From the sequence record MT679221.1: a stretch of DNA of 64,000 nucleotides. One strand, given 5' to 3'. Each line of letters starts with the position of its first letter. Position 1 is the first letter of the stretch. The position numbers and the translations under genes are program-made. Below the pieces are notes generated by a model that was not told the origin of the DNA, did not search any database, and saw nothing but the letters and a program-made list of their open reading frames with translations. Of this stretch, positions 55,069 to 64,000 are shown one piece after another.

Positions 55069-55911
55069 GTGTCTATTTACGATAAGCCCTCGAAAGAGAT
55101 GTTGTTAGATGCTATTAACCGACAGAACGGATTAACGGCCAATCCACTCACATGGGAGCAGGTTGCAACTGGCTTCCCTGAGTCTGTCCAAACGCCTGGC
55201 GCTGACCGGAATACGCGTGTGCTCTTATACGGGTTGAACGGCAAGGGCTACAAAGGCAACGTTACGCTCGAATACGACCGTATCGAAATGGAAATTCTGT
55301 TCAGGAACGTAATACCGGTAGTCGTTGCCGACCCGGTAAATAAACTCTCTGAGTTGTTGCCGTTTCTGAATGCGAAATACGGCTTGTCTTTAGTTGCCGA
55401 CGATATCGTTGACCAGTCAGTAAAAGATTTGGGAGAAAGCTGGTTAATCGATGTGACTATTAAGCCCGGTTGCTTGGCCTGGCAAGGTGGTTTCCGTTTA
55501 CGCTTTGCGAAGTTCTTCCCGAACTTGGCGGACGTGGTGACGGATGTTGACCTCAGCGCAATTATCGCACCGTTCGTGGTTGCTAGTAAACCGCAGGCTG
55601 AATATGTGGCGTATGGTTACGATTGGACTGAACTGCAAAAACAGTTCACTACCGATTGGGCTTACAACCGCGCAATCACCGCGGCGGATGTTGAATTGCT
55701 TAACGAAGTGGTGCCATTAAAGTTTGCATATGTGACGGGGGCGACTGCGCAACCTGAACAAATTGCGCTTCAAGGTGCACGATATATGGGGATAACTTCA
55801 GTCACACCGAACGATAGTTACAACCCCGATTATCAGCGTGTGGCGATTATCAAGCTAGCTGCGGACAGCAACTACGCCGGTAATCTCATCCTTCACTATC
55901 TCCCGATATAA
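55069..55911 (+). CDS. Virion protein, paralogue family A
   Basis: LLDAINRQN, GKGYKGNVTLEYDR, GNLILHY. Confidence 0.8.
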   Translation: MSIYDKPSKEMLLDAINRQNGLTANPLTWEQVATGFPESVQTPGADRNTRVLLYGLNGKGYKGNVTLEYDRIEMEILFRNVIPVVVADPVNKLSELLPFLNAKYGLSLVADDIVDQSVKDLGESWLIDVTIKPGCLAWQGGFRLRFAKFFPNLADVVTDVDLSAIIAPFVVASKPQAEYVAYGYDWTELQKQFTTDWAYNRAITAADVELLNEVVPLKFAYVTGATAQPEQIALQGARYMGITSVTPNDSYNPDYQRVAIIKLAADSNYAGNLILHYLPI

Positions 55912-55921
55912 GGATTTTGAC

Positions 55922-56767
55922 ATGCCACTTTTAGCCACTGCTGAAAAGATTATTATCGCGGAGGTTAACGTCGAAAACAATCTCGATTTAAAAGTCGAAG
56001 ATGTGGTTTTCGGTGTCCCTGCGATACCGACGTCTGACGAAGACCTGGCAAAAGCCAATGGTCATAACGCGATGGTGCGCATTCAGGCATTGGCCACCGC
56101 TAATGCTATCGGTGCCACTACCGTGTATTACGATCGTGTTGACTTCGCAGACATGTTTACCGACCCAGACGGGATTCAACCTCTACGTGTTCCTGCACGT
56201 CTCGACGCTGTTTACCAGATGCATGACGTGGTCGGGTTAATTAACCAGTATTACGGTCTCAGCCTTAAACCTGCAGATGTGGTGAATACCGAAATCGACA
56301 GGAAGACATGGCGTGTGGATCTGATTGCCACGCCCACCTCTTTAGGTTGGATAGGGCAACAACAGGTACAGCTGTTACCAGGCGATGCGTTGCTTCCTGC
56401 AAACTTCGAACCCTTAACAGTAACACCTTACGAGTATCCGTATTTTAACATCAAGGTCGGTCAAGGTGCGGTTTATTCGTATCCCTGGCGCTTTGATAAT
56501 TTCGCGGAGGAATTTCAACGACTAGGTGCTGCGATAACCGCAGAACGTCTGGCACAGATTCTCAAAACGGTCACCGGTGATAACTGGACAACGTACCGTA
56601 ACCCAATCGACTTTAACCTTCGTGAAGCCGTCGTCGTCTATAACGGGCGTAACAAAGCGGAATTACCAACCAACCCAGCAGTCGACAACGTGCTGATTGT
56701 GGAGCTGTCGTTGTACTGTCTGAATTTTGGCGGGCGTTTGTATTTGCATTACAACGACCCTGATTAA
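55922..56767 (+). CDS. Virion protein, paralogue family A
   Basis: TVYYDRVD, FNLREA.V, CLNFGGRLYLHYN. Confidence 0.8.
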   Translation: MPLLATAEKIIIAEVNVENNLDLKVEDVVFGVPAIPTSDEDLAKANGHNAMVRIQALATANAIGATTVYYDRVDFADMFTDPDGIQPLRVPARLDAVYQMHDVVGLINQYYGLSLKPADVVNTEIDRKTWRVDLIATPTSLGWIGQQQVQLLPGDALLPANFEPLTVTPYEYPYFNIKVGQGAVYSYPWRFDNFAEEFQRLGAAITAERLAQILKTVTGDNWTTYRNPIDFNLREAVVVYNGRNKAELPTNPAVDNVLIVELSLYCLNFGGRLYLHYNDPD

Positions 56768-56788
56768 TCCTGAGTAAAGGAAGTAAGA

Positions 56789-57700
56789 ATGAAACCTTTA
56801 AACAAAACGTCCGATCAGCTGGTTCTGGATTTTATTAATGAGAAAAACCCAGACGCAGAACTGGAACTTTCTAAAATAACGCTCGGCACACCGACCCCTA
56901 TTAGCGATGAAGGTGCTGATCGCAATACCAGCATGACCCTGACTGCGAAAAAGAACTCCGGGTACATCGGTACTCAGGACGTGACTTATAATCGCCTGGA
57001 AGGCAGTGCGCTGTTCCGTAATGTAACAGCATACCTCGACGTTAAACTACCGAAAACCACCACAGACCTGCTGACGACCCTGAACACCCAATACGGATTG
57101 AAGCTGACCGAAGACGATATCGTTCCGGCGGCTATTCCGGAAAATACCAACCCGCCGCTGACTAACCCGAACGATCCGGACCCAGCACCGGTTGACCATG
57201 TCATTACCTTCAAAGAAGACTGCTACGCTTATCTGGGCAGCATCCCGGTTAAAATCGGTGCTAAGCCTCAGGTTGGTGAACGTCTGAGTCTGGTGGTAAC
57301 ACAAACCAAGCTCGACGGCCTGGTTTACCCAGATGGTCCAAGCGAAGCGAAGGGTCAGGGCTACATCTACTCTTACGGTGTAGACTGCACAGCAATCGCA
57401 GCATTCCTGAAAGTACAGGCGAAAGGTGTTATCGCTGGCGACTCTGCATTCCCGGTTGAGCTGAATAAAGTTGTGCCGGAACTGTGGGTTGCATCTGATG
57501 AGCCTGCGGATTATAACCTGAAAGGTGCTAACGTGTTGTACGTTGGTTCTACTACTGACGATGGCACTGCTTCAGGCGACGATCCTAAGAAACCGGTTGA
57601 AGGTGCAAACACTGCTTACAACCAGGTTCTGCTGCTGCAGCTGGATGACACTCTGTGCACCAACTTCCAGGGCGTCATGTACCTGCACTTTAATGCCTAA
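56789..57700 (+). CDS. Virion protein, paralogue family A; codon usage suggests high copy
   Basis: LVLDFINEKN, SGYIG...YNRL, CTNFQGVMYLHFN; own hairpin at 57714. Confidence 0.85.
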   Translation: MKPLNKTSDQLVLDFINEKNPDAELELSKITLGTPTPISDEGADRNTSMTLTAKKNSGYIGTQDVTYNRLEGSALFRNVTAYLDVKLPKTTTDLLTTLNTQYGLKLTEDDIVPAAIPENTNPPLTNPNDPDPAPVDHVITFKEDCYAYLGSIPVKIGAKPQVGERLSLVVTQTKLDGLVYPDGPSEAKGQGYIYSYGVDCTAIAAFLKVQAKGVIAGDSAFPVELNKVVPELWVASDEPADYNLKGANVLYVGSTTDDGTASGDDPKKPVEGANTAYNQVLLLQLDDTLCTNFQGVMYLHFNA

Positions 57701-57769
57701 TTAGGCCTCGCTGGGAGGAGGAAATCCTCCTCCTGGCTACTCCTTTCTTTTTTGGCCGAGGAGGCTATT

Positions 57770-58609
57770 ATGGCTTTATATAGTCTGTCTCAGCGACAAT
57801 ATCTGTACGATGCGATTAATGCCGAAAACCCGGATGCTGTTCTACCGATGGGTTTAGACAATGCTATCATCGGTACGCCGAAAGCAATCACACCGACAGC
57901 AAGCGGTGCCAATACTGAGATTATCATTCGTGGTCGTCAAGGTCGTGGCTATATCGGTCCTCAGACGTTCCGTTATAAGCGCTTGTCGCTGAACGACTTA
58001 TTTAAGAACATGACACCTCAGGTAACTGCACCGAATGCCTACGGTTGGTTGAACGTGGAGTCGAAACGTACTGCGTTTGCGCAGAACCTGAACGGTCGTT
58101 ATGGATTAAACCTGGTTGCAGATGATATCCCAGAACAATACGTTTATCTGAACGTAAACAACACGATGCGCATTAACGCTAGCTGTATCCAATACACTGG
58201 CAGCATCACCTTTATGTCTATCCGGGGTAAGAATAGTCTCGAAGACCTCGTGGTAAACGACATCTTGTCGGCTTTGAACCACCCTGCAGCAGCAAGCACT
58301 GGTAAGAAATACATGGGCTTCTTGACGTACGGGGAAGACTTTACTGATGAAGTGCAGGTTATGGCCTCGTTTAAGAACGGGCGAATGGATGTAGGAAGTA
58401 ACTTTGATTTGGGTTACACGTCCAATCTGATGGCCACATTGGTCGCACGTGGGGTACCGTCGTTTGATCCGACGAACTGCACAATTACCCGCTACAAAAC
58501 GAGTGAGTTGGCGACCGCCAATAAAGCGTACGATAACGTATTGCTGATTACCGGCATTCAGAACGACCCGAAAGTAATCGGCGAGTGTATGTTGCACTAC
58601 AACAACTAG
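57770..58609 (+). CDS. Virion protein, paralogue family A (start revised from 57752)
   Basis: LYDAINAEN, RGYIG...YKRL, GECMLHYN; GGAGG SD. Confidence 0.8.
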   Translation: MALYSLSQRQYLYDAINAENPDAVLPMGLDNAIIGTPKAITPTASGANTEIIIRGRQGRGYIGPQTFRYKRLSLNDLFKNMTPQVTAPNAYGWLNVESKRTAFAQNLNGRYGLNLVADDIPEQYVYLNVNNTMRINASCIQYTGSITFMSIRGKNSLEDLVVNDILSALNHPAAASTGKKYMGFLTYGEDFTDEVQVMASFKNGRMDVGSNFDLGYTSNLMATLVARGVPSFDPTNCTITRYKTSELATANKAYDNVLLITGIQNDPKVIGECMLHYNN

Positions 58610-58619
58610 GAATTAGCGA

Positions 58620-59507
58620 ATGGCTATTTATCAACCTTCTAAAGACGTCCTGTTGGCAGCAGTGAACGCACAGAACTCGCTTGCTGTTAAGATGACTGAC
58701 ATCATCTGGTCCTCGCCAAAGGACATCCGTGGTACGGAAAAGGAAACGCTGACTAACCGTAACACGCAAATTAAAATTACGGCAGATGGGGTAACGGGCT
58801 CTACCTGGTCGGGTAAGAAAAATGTCTTCTACAACCGCATGAAAGTCGAAGACTTGTTAGTGCTGATTGGTGACACATTGGCGATCGGCCCATCCAACGA
58901 AACCTTGTATGCGGCCATTCCTGGACTGAACCAACGTTACGGTTTTGTTCTGGAAGAAGCTGACCTGCAGGACGCAGATATCGAATGGAACGGTGATAAG
59001 ACCGAAGGTACTGTGCGTGTTGTTGCACATCCAGAGTCTATCGGTTGGGTTGGACAGGCGACATTTAAAGTCGTGAAAGGCGATGAGTCGTTAGTCTCTG
59101 CGGTCACTACTAACGTCCTGACCGGTCTGAAATACCCGAACGGTCAGATGGGTTCCGAAAATGTTACTGCGGTCATTGCAGAGGTTTATTCCTACCCGTA
59201 CAACTTCACTAAGTACCGAGATGCTCTGCTGGCATACAAGCCGGGTATTCTGTCTGGACAGCCGTTAACGGATATGGTTAACCTGCTGAAAGATATCACG
59301 GGTACTGCATGGGTAGCGACCACTTCCGCTTCCTACGGTTTGGCGGGCGCGGAGGTTATCAGCGTTGGTCTGAATGACCCTGTTGCAATGCCGACAAACG
59401 CGAAGTACAAGTATGCGCTGGTGTTGAAACTGCCTGTTACCTGTACCACCATCGTCGGAACGTTGTATCTCCAGTTCAACGATCTGGACGATCCAAGCGA
59501 GGTATAA
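58620..59507 (+). CDS. Virion protein, paralogue family A
   Basis: LLAAVNAQN, FYNRM, CTTIVGTLYLQFN. Confidence 0.8.
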   Translation: MAIYQPSKDVLLAAVNAQNSLAVKMTDIIWSSPKDIRGTEKETLTNRNTQIKITADGVTGSTWSGKKNVFYNRMKVEDLLVLIGDTLAIGPSNETLYAAIPGLNQRYGFVLEEADLQDADIEWNGDKTEGTVRVVAHPESIGWVGQATFKVVKGDESLVSAVTTNVLTGLKYPNGQMGSENVTAVIAEVYSYPYNFTKYRDALLAYKPGILSGQPLTDMVNLLKDITGTAWVATTSASYGLAGAEVISVGLNDPVAMPTNAKYKYALVLKLPVTCTTIVGTLYLQFNDLDDPSEV

Positions 59508-59510
59508 TTG

Positions 59511-60338
59511 ATGATCAACTATGCTAAGCCGTCAAACGAGTTGGTCTTTGACCTCATTAACCGGGATAACCCAAACCTACCTATTAAAGCGTCGCCGGCA
59601 AACTGCTACGTGGAGAAAGTGACACAGGTTCCCGTTAATGCAGCTTCCAACAACCGCAATACGTCGGCACGCTTGCGCGGTATTCAGGGTTCTGGATTTC
59701 GAGACGCAATCACCGTTTACTACGACCGTGTGAACTTAGCGCGGTTATTGCCGTGGGGGCCTTCCGTCCAGGCGCAGTTCGTCACGTTTGACGCACCCAA
59801 CCTCCACTCAGCCTTTTCGGTGCTCTTGGATACCTACGGAGTAAACTTCTCCGCAATCGATATCCAAAACTACTCACTGTTTGGTGCCAATACCCCAAAT
59901 TACACCAATACACAGACCATTGCAGCGCTATCGACATCTCCGGCTTATATCGGTTCTGCGACGTTGCGTTATAACCGTGGTTTACCGGTACTAGACACTT
60001 CGGTGAAATCGGATGTCTTGAATGCGATTCAAGAGCCTATTTCACCGTCTCTCGGTAAGAAGTGTATTGATTTGTTGACGTACGGTATTGACTTTACCGC
60101 GTATAAAAACCTACTGACAGTAGATGCTTCTGGCCTACCGCAGTGGGCTGGTTTGCGTAAGGTGTTGGATGACCTGGGTATTCCGAACTACGCGGGGCCA
60201 CTGAACAGCAACACCGTTCAGGATGTGCCGACTTCCACCGCTCAGTTCGCTAACAAATCGTACGACCGCGTGGTTATCCAAACGGGTATCGATGAGGAAG
60301 GCGTGAAAGGCGTGGCGTACTACCACTATAACAGCTAA
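59511..60338 (+). CDS. Virion protein, paralogue family A
   Basis: LVFDLINRDN, GSGFRDAITVYYDRVNL, GVAYYHYN. Confidence 0.8.
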   Translation: MINYAKPSNELVFDLINRDNPNLPIKASPANCYVEKVTQVPVNAASNNRNTSARLRGIQGSGFRDAITVYYDRVNLARLLPWGPSVQAQFVTFDAPNLHSAFSVLLDTYGVNFSAIDIQNYSLFGANTPNYTNTQTIAALSTSPAYIGSATLRYNRGLPVLDTSVKSDVLNAIQEPISPSLGKKCIDLLTYGIDFTAYKNLLTVDASGLPQWAGLRKVLDDLGIPNYAGPLNSNTVQDVPTSTAQFANKSYDRVVIQTGIDEEGVKGVAYYHYNS

Positions 60339-60343
60339 GTGTA

Positions 60344-60368
60344 GGGGCTCTTCGGAGCCCCATCTTTT
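60344..60368 (+). terminator. Intrinsic terminator (weak tail)
   Basis: GGGGCTC-TTCG-GAGCCCC. Confidence 0.6.
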
Positions 60369-60385
60369 GGCGATGCGGAGTCCCT

Positions 60386-61798
60386 ATGCTATTTTACTCG
60401 AAGGAGTCGGCACTGCTTGTATACGACCAAGTCAATCGGGATAACCCTGATTTAGTTATTAAGCTGACGCCGGCTATCGCTGCTTTAACCAGTGGCCCAA
60501 CCTCAGTTACGTTAAACCAACGTAACACCAAAGCTGTTTTCACCGGGTATCCAGGGACAGGTGTACAAGGTAATGTTACCGTGTACTACGACCGGATTAA
60601 CCTGGCCACCTTATTTAATTTTGTGCCGACTGTGGCTATCAAAGACACAGTCTTAACGGTACGAGACGCGTTACCTGCAATAAACGACGCATTAGGACTT
60701 ACATTAGTTGCTTCTGATTTGCAGTCACCTGACGCAAGTTTACCTAAACCGAGCGTTTCGCCGCAGACGTTGAAATTAAATATCTCAGGCAATTGCCCTG
60801 CGTTTACAGGCAGCTTAACGATACGTTATACCGTCCCGAGTGGTGCAATTTACCCCGATTCTGGACCTGGCCCTAAAACGTTGCTGCAAGGTAACACTAT
60901 CGCGGGTTATTTCGGAACAACCAGAACTGCAGAGTTGTTTACACACTCTCAACTTCTTAATGCCACTATATCGGCCGGTGCGTTACCACCGGTACATTCT
61001 GGTGCCGAAGGTTGGTACAAGTTCTTTTACCAGGGTAGGGTTATTTACCTCCCGATCAGTCCTGTCGCTGGCTCCATCTCCTGGAATACGTTATATACAA
61101 ACGGACTCGTTTACGGAACAGACGATAACGGTAAATACCCTGCAGCGACGCCCGTTAACCAGGGACGCATCATTAGCTTTACAGGCGCAGACAACAAAAG
61201 GTTTTACTTCCGTGTTCGTCTACCTAGTGCCGGGAAAGACCCATACGTCAGCGGCACCCCAACTGCCGCTGAGTTAGCAGGTAGTGAGTTTGAGATGTTC
61301 AACTTTCTGTATAATGGAACGTGGGACAAACCGATTAACAGTTACTGGACGCTGTTCTGTTTATTGAAAGATACACTGAAGACCAACGTCGCCCATCATC
61401 GCATGGCGACGTTGTCTGGAGCAAGTTGGACAAACTTAGAAAAATCATCGAGTGCGGGCAACTACTACTGGTTCCCGGTGCTGGAGTTGGTGGATAAGTC
61501 CACAGTTACCTTGGGTTTAGAAGATATCCACGGTACGGCAGATTACAGTCTCCAACCGTGCAGCGTGTCCGCAGAAAACACATTTAGTCTCAAGCCGTTA
61601 GTGCTCGGTAATCCGGATACTACCGATTTCGAACCGGTAGTTGTTACTTCAGAAAACAGTTTCGCACTGCATCCGCCTGCTTTAATGCTGCCGAAGACAG
61701 TCGACTTCCAACCTATTGCGGCTACCGCTGAAATGTATACGCCCCCCGACAAGACAACGTTAACGTCTCTTAACGGTGAACTGGACGGCTTTAAGTAG
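60386..61798 (+). CDS. Virion protein: family A N-terminal domain fused to a family B domain
   Basis: TVYYDRINL in the N-terminus; GPGPKTLLQG, WYKFFYQG, LYTNGLVYGTDDNG. Confidence 0.8.
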   Translation: MLFYSKESALLVYDQVNRDNPDLVIKLTPAIAALTSGPTSVTLNQRNTKAVFTGYPGTGVQGNVTVYYDRINLATLFNFVPTVAIKDTVLTVRDALPAINDALGLTLVASDLQSPDASLPKPSVSPQTLKLNISGNCPAFTGSLTIRYTVPSGAIYPDSGPGPKTLLQGNTIAGYFGTTRTAELFTHSQLLNATISAGALPPVHSGAEGWYKFFYQGRVIYLPISPVAGSISWNTLYTNGLVYGTDDNGKYPAATPVNQGRIISFTGADNKRFYFRVRLPSAGKDPYVSGTPTAAELAGSEFEMFNFLYNGTWDKPINSYWTLFCLLKDTLKTNVAHHRMATLSGASWTNLEKSSSAGNYYWFPVLELVDKSTVTLGLEDIHGTADYSLQPCSVSAENTFSLKPLVLGNPDTTDFEPVVVTSENSFALHPPALMLPKTVDFQPIAATAEMYTPPDKTTLTSLNGELDGFK

Positions 61799-61809
61799 AG
61801 GTATCTTCC

Positions 61810-62808
61810 ATGTCTTTTACTTTGCGTTGGAAAAATCCAAACGTAATCTCTACGGTAGTAAAAATCTACCGTGATGTTAAAGATATCACACCAAGCGCTT
61901 TGCCTGAACCGATTGCAACGCTCTCAAACGGCGAGACAGAATGGCGTGATACCACCGCCACACCAGGCGCAACCTATTATTACCTTCTGACGGTAACCGC
62001 CAACGGTAAAACAGTGGCATCGTCTAGCCAGAAATATACCATTGAACTGAAGCGGGGAATCGGTCCAATGACTATTCTAAACGGTGACGACCGTTTAGGG
62101 TTTATGGGTGCGGTTCCTTACGACGAACAGTGGCTTCCGTCGCAAATGCCACCTGCATTTTTGGCGATGTTCCCTAACCTACTAACCGATCGTGTGGCGT
62201 TGTATAAATTTACCCGAAACGGGAAGATCTATTACATGCTATCTAATACGTCGCAGTTCCCGAATACGCCTGTGGACTGGGCTTCCCTCTATCAAGCCGG
62301 TTTAGTCTATGGTACAGGCGATGCTGGCCCAGAGAACGGCCATGGAACGCTACCGGCCACTCCACAAGACGCTAAGATAGTCCACAAAGGGGATACGTAC
62401 ATTATGCGTCTTCCTCGCGGCCTGACGACGTCTAGCGAGCCTCCTGCGTATCCTTTCGTAGCTGACTATAATGGGAAAACCCATGATGAAATCGCTTCTC
62501 TAACCAACCCGTGTGAGTATAACGATTTACTTTACACGATGGTTAACGAGGTGCCGAAGAAACAGCGTTGGGCTAACTGGGCAACAATCGGTTATACTTA
62601 TCTGGGACAGGGTACTTTGGGAACCTTGGCACAGTATTTCGGCGGTGGTGTTCTCTGTATGGAACACGATACCGCGGAAGACCGTGTGCTCCATCGTGGT
62701 ATTTTTAACAATGCCGGTGGAACACCCGTATCCACGATTCAGCGTATAAACTATTTATCACCCACCACGAAAGGGCGCTACTACCCTATCTTTGAACTGG
62801 TCGAGTAA
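61810..62808 (+). CDS. Virion protein, family B with FN3-like N-terminus
   Basis: FTLRWKNP..KIYR...YYYLLTV; GIGPMTILNG; LYQAGLVYGT. Confidence 0.8.
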   Translation: MSFTLRWKNPNVISTVVKIYRDVKDITPSALPEPIATLSNGETEWRDTTATPGATYYYLLTVTANGKTVASSSQKYTIELKRGIGPMTILNGDDRLGFMGAVPYDEQWLPSQMPPAFLAMFPNLLTDRVALYKFTRNGKIYYMLSNTSQFPNTPVDWASLYQAGLVYGTGDAGPENGHGTLPATPQDAKIVHKGDTYIMRLPRGLTTSSEPPAYPFVADYNGKTHDEIASLTNPCEYNDLLYTMVNEVPKKQRWANWATIGYTYLGQGTLGTLAQYFGGGVLCMEHDTAEDRVLHRGIFNNAGGTPVSTIQRINYLSPTTKGRYYPIFELVE

Positions 62809-62817
62809 GGGGCAGTC

Positions 62818-63741
62818 ATGACTATACGGTTAAGCTGGCCGTCCCAAGCCAGCAAAGGTCTTACCGCGATTGAAATCTACCGCAAGGAAGGATGGAACGC
62901 AACAATCGACGTTTACAACCCAGGTACACCCCACGCCACCTTATCCGGTAGCGCGGTAGAGTTCGTAGATAATATCGATACCCTGACGAAGAATACAACT
63001 TATCGTTACTGGGTAGCTGCTGTGAAAGATAATGAACGACTTATCGGCAATCCGATTACGCAAGGGTTCTATCCGGACACTGGACCGGGGCCACAAACTA
63101 TTTTGCGTGGCGATTGGGCGTCAGGCTATTTCGGTACGGTATCTAATACCGAGTTCTTTAATACTGCCGAGTTAAAACTCATGTTAACCGCGCAGCAGGG
63201 AAACATGTTTACTTACGACCCTCAGGAATGGCACAAGTTTATTTTCCGTGGGCGAATTGTCTTCTTCCCAGCGACGATGCATTCGAAAAGCAACTCGGTA
63301 CAAATGGCGTATCAGTACGGCATGATGTACGGGACCGATGATGTCGGAAGTATTGTTCCGCAGGGAGCCACGGCGACTAAACAAGATTGTAAGGTCACGA
63401 AGGATGGTCGTACGTACCGTATCCGATTACCTTACGCAGTCCCGTACGACGCGGCACTCTCAGGACAGGATTACAACAACGGTGAATGGCGAAACACAAT
63501 GGGCCGTTTGTATCCTGTCGGTGCACAGTACGCAGCCCTCGGTCTTGGTGCGATTGACTCACTTGAAAGACAAGGCGCGACTGCGCAGCCGAATGAGTCA
63601 GGTGCCGCTGTATTAGCTCCTTTGTTGAGCAACAACATATTCGCTTATGCGTATGGCACCGTGCCTATGGGGATTAGTAACACCGCAGGTGTCGGGAACT
63701 CGGCCACGATATTCTTTGCTTTTGAATTAGTCTTACCGTAA
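62818..63741 (+). CDS. Virion protein, family B with FN3-like N-terminus
   Basis: IRLSWP..IEIYR...YRYWVAAV; GPGPQTILRG; WHKFIFRG; GMMYGTDDVG. Confidence 0.8.
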   Translation: MTIRLSWPSQASKGLTAIEIYRKEGWNATIDVYNPGTPHATLSGSAVEFVDNIDTLTKNTTYRYWVAAVKDNERLIGNPITQGFYPDTGPGPQTILRGDWASGYFGTVSNTEFFNTAELKLMLTAQQGNMFTYDPQEWHKFIFRGRIVFFPATMHSKSNSVQMAYQYGMMYGTDDVGSIVPQGATATKQDCKVTKDGRTYRIRLPYAVPYDAALSGQDYNNGEWRNTMGRLYPVGAQYAALGLGAIDSLERQGATAQPNESGAAVLAPLLSNNIFAYAYGTVPMGISNTAGVGNSATIFFAFELVLP

Positions 63742-63754
63742 TGGAGTAAATACC

Positions 63755-64000
63755 ATGGGGTTGTATACAGAACCTTCAATGGAACTGCTCTGCCAACAAA
63801 TTGTGCGTGACAATCCCGGTTTAGCAGGAAAAATCACCCCTGACTCCATTGGGGTCAGGGGTGTTCCTGTTGCGAAAAACGTTAACGGACGAAACACTCA
63901 GATTACGTTGGTAGGAAAACCCGGTAAAGGATTTGCTGGGGAAATAACGGTATATTACGACCGGTTGAATCTGGCCAGTCTATTTAAGTCTGGCCCGAAC
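63755..64000 (+). CDS. Virion protein, family A N-terminus, truncated by the window end
   Basis: MGLYTEPSMELLCQQIVRDNP...GKGFAGEITVYYDRLNL; GGAG SD. Confidence 0.8.
   Translation, partial: MGLYTEPSMELLCQQIVRDNPGLAGKITPDSIGVRGVPVAKNVNGRNTQITLVGKPGKGFAGEITVYYDRLNLASLFKSGPN

Noticed and set aside
54261-64000. Diversity-generating retroelement acting on the paralogue arrays
   Set aside because: No reverse transcriptase in the window and no near-identical template/variable repeat pair differing only at adenines was seen; the paralogues diverge at all bases
1-64000. tRNA, rRNA, self-splicing introns, inteins, integrase or transposase
   Set aside because: No cloverleaf or GTTCRA T-loop in intergenic space, and no split core gene or homing-endonuclease motif was recognised by eye; a tRNAscan or Infernal run would be needed to exclude them fully

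Overview
A 64-kb segment of a phiKZ-related jumbo myovirus genome, most like Salmonella phage SPN3US (Seoulvirus, Chimalliviridae). The assignment rests on gene order recalled from phiKZ and SPN3US (DnaB-like helicase, head protein, major capsid, gp122-like protein, nvRNAP beta subunit, portal, baseplate, RuvC) and on AxE prohead-protease sites at ATE-130 of the capsid and ATE-161/AQE-254 of the portal, which match positions recalled for SPN3US. No database search was run, so all family names come from motif recognition and memory. The window holds about 89 genes, nearly all on the + strand, separated by UUCG-loop terminators. Its accessory region contains Tmk, Dam, an XRE regulator, a SLOG protein, five GNAT-fold genes, a degenerate QueC-like PP-loop protein next to a DUF488-like gene, a TYW3-like pair, a tail protein with GH8-like motifs, and two arrays of virion paralogues. 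No tRNA, CRISPR array, integrase or transposase was seen. The most notable observations are a GNAT-Dam-GNAT operon, an 8-copy 25-nt promoter family with covarying leader hairpins and a palindromic core, twin 48-aa peptides overlapped by antisense transcription, the orphan QueC/DUF488 pair, and the GH8-like tail protein.
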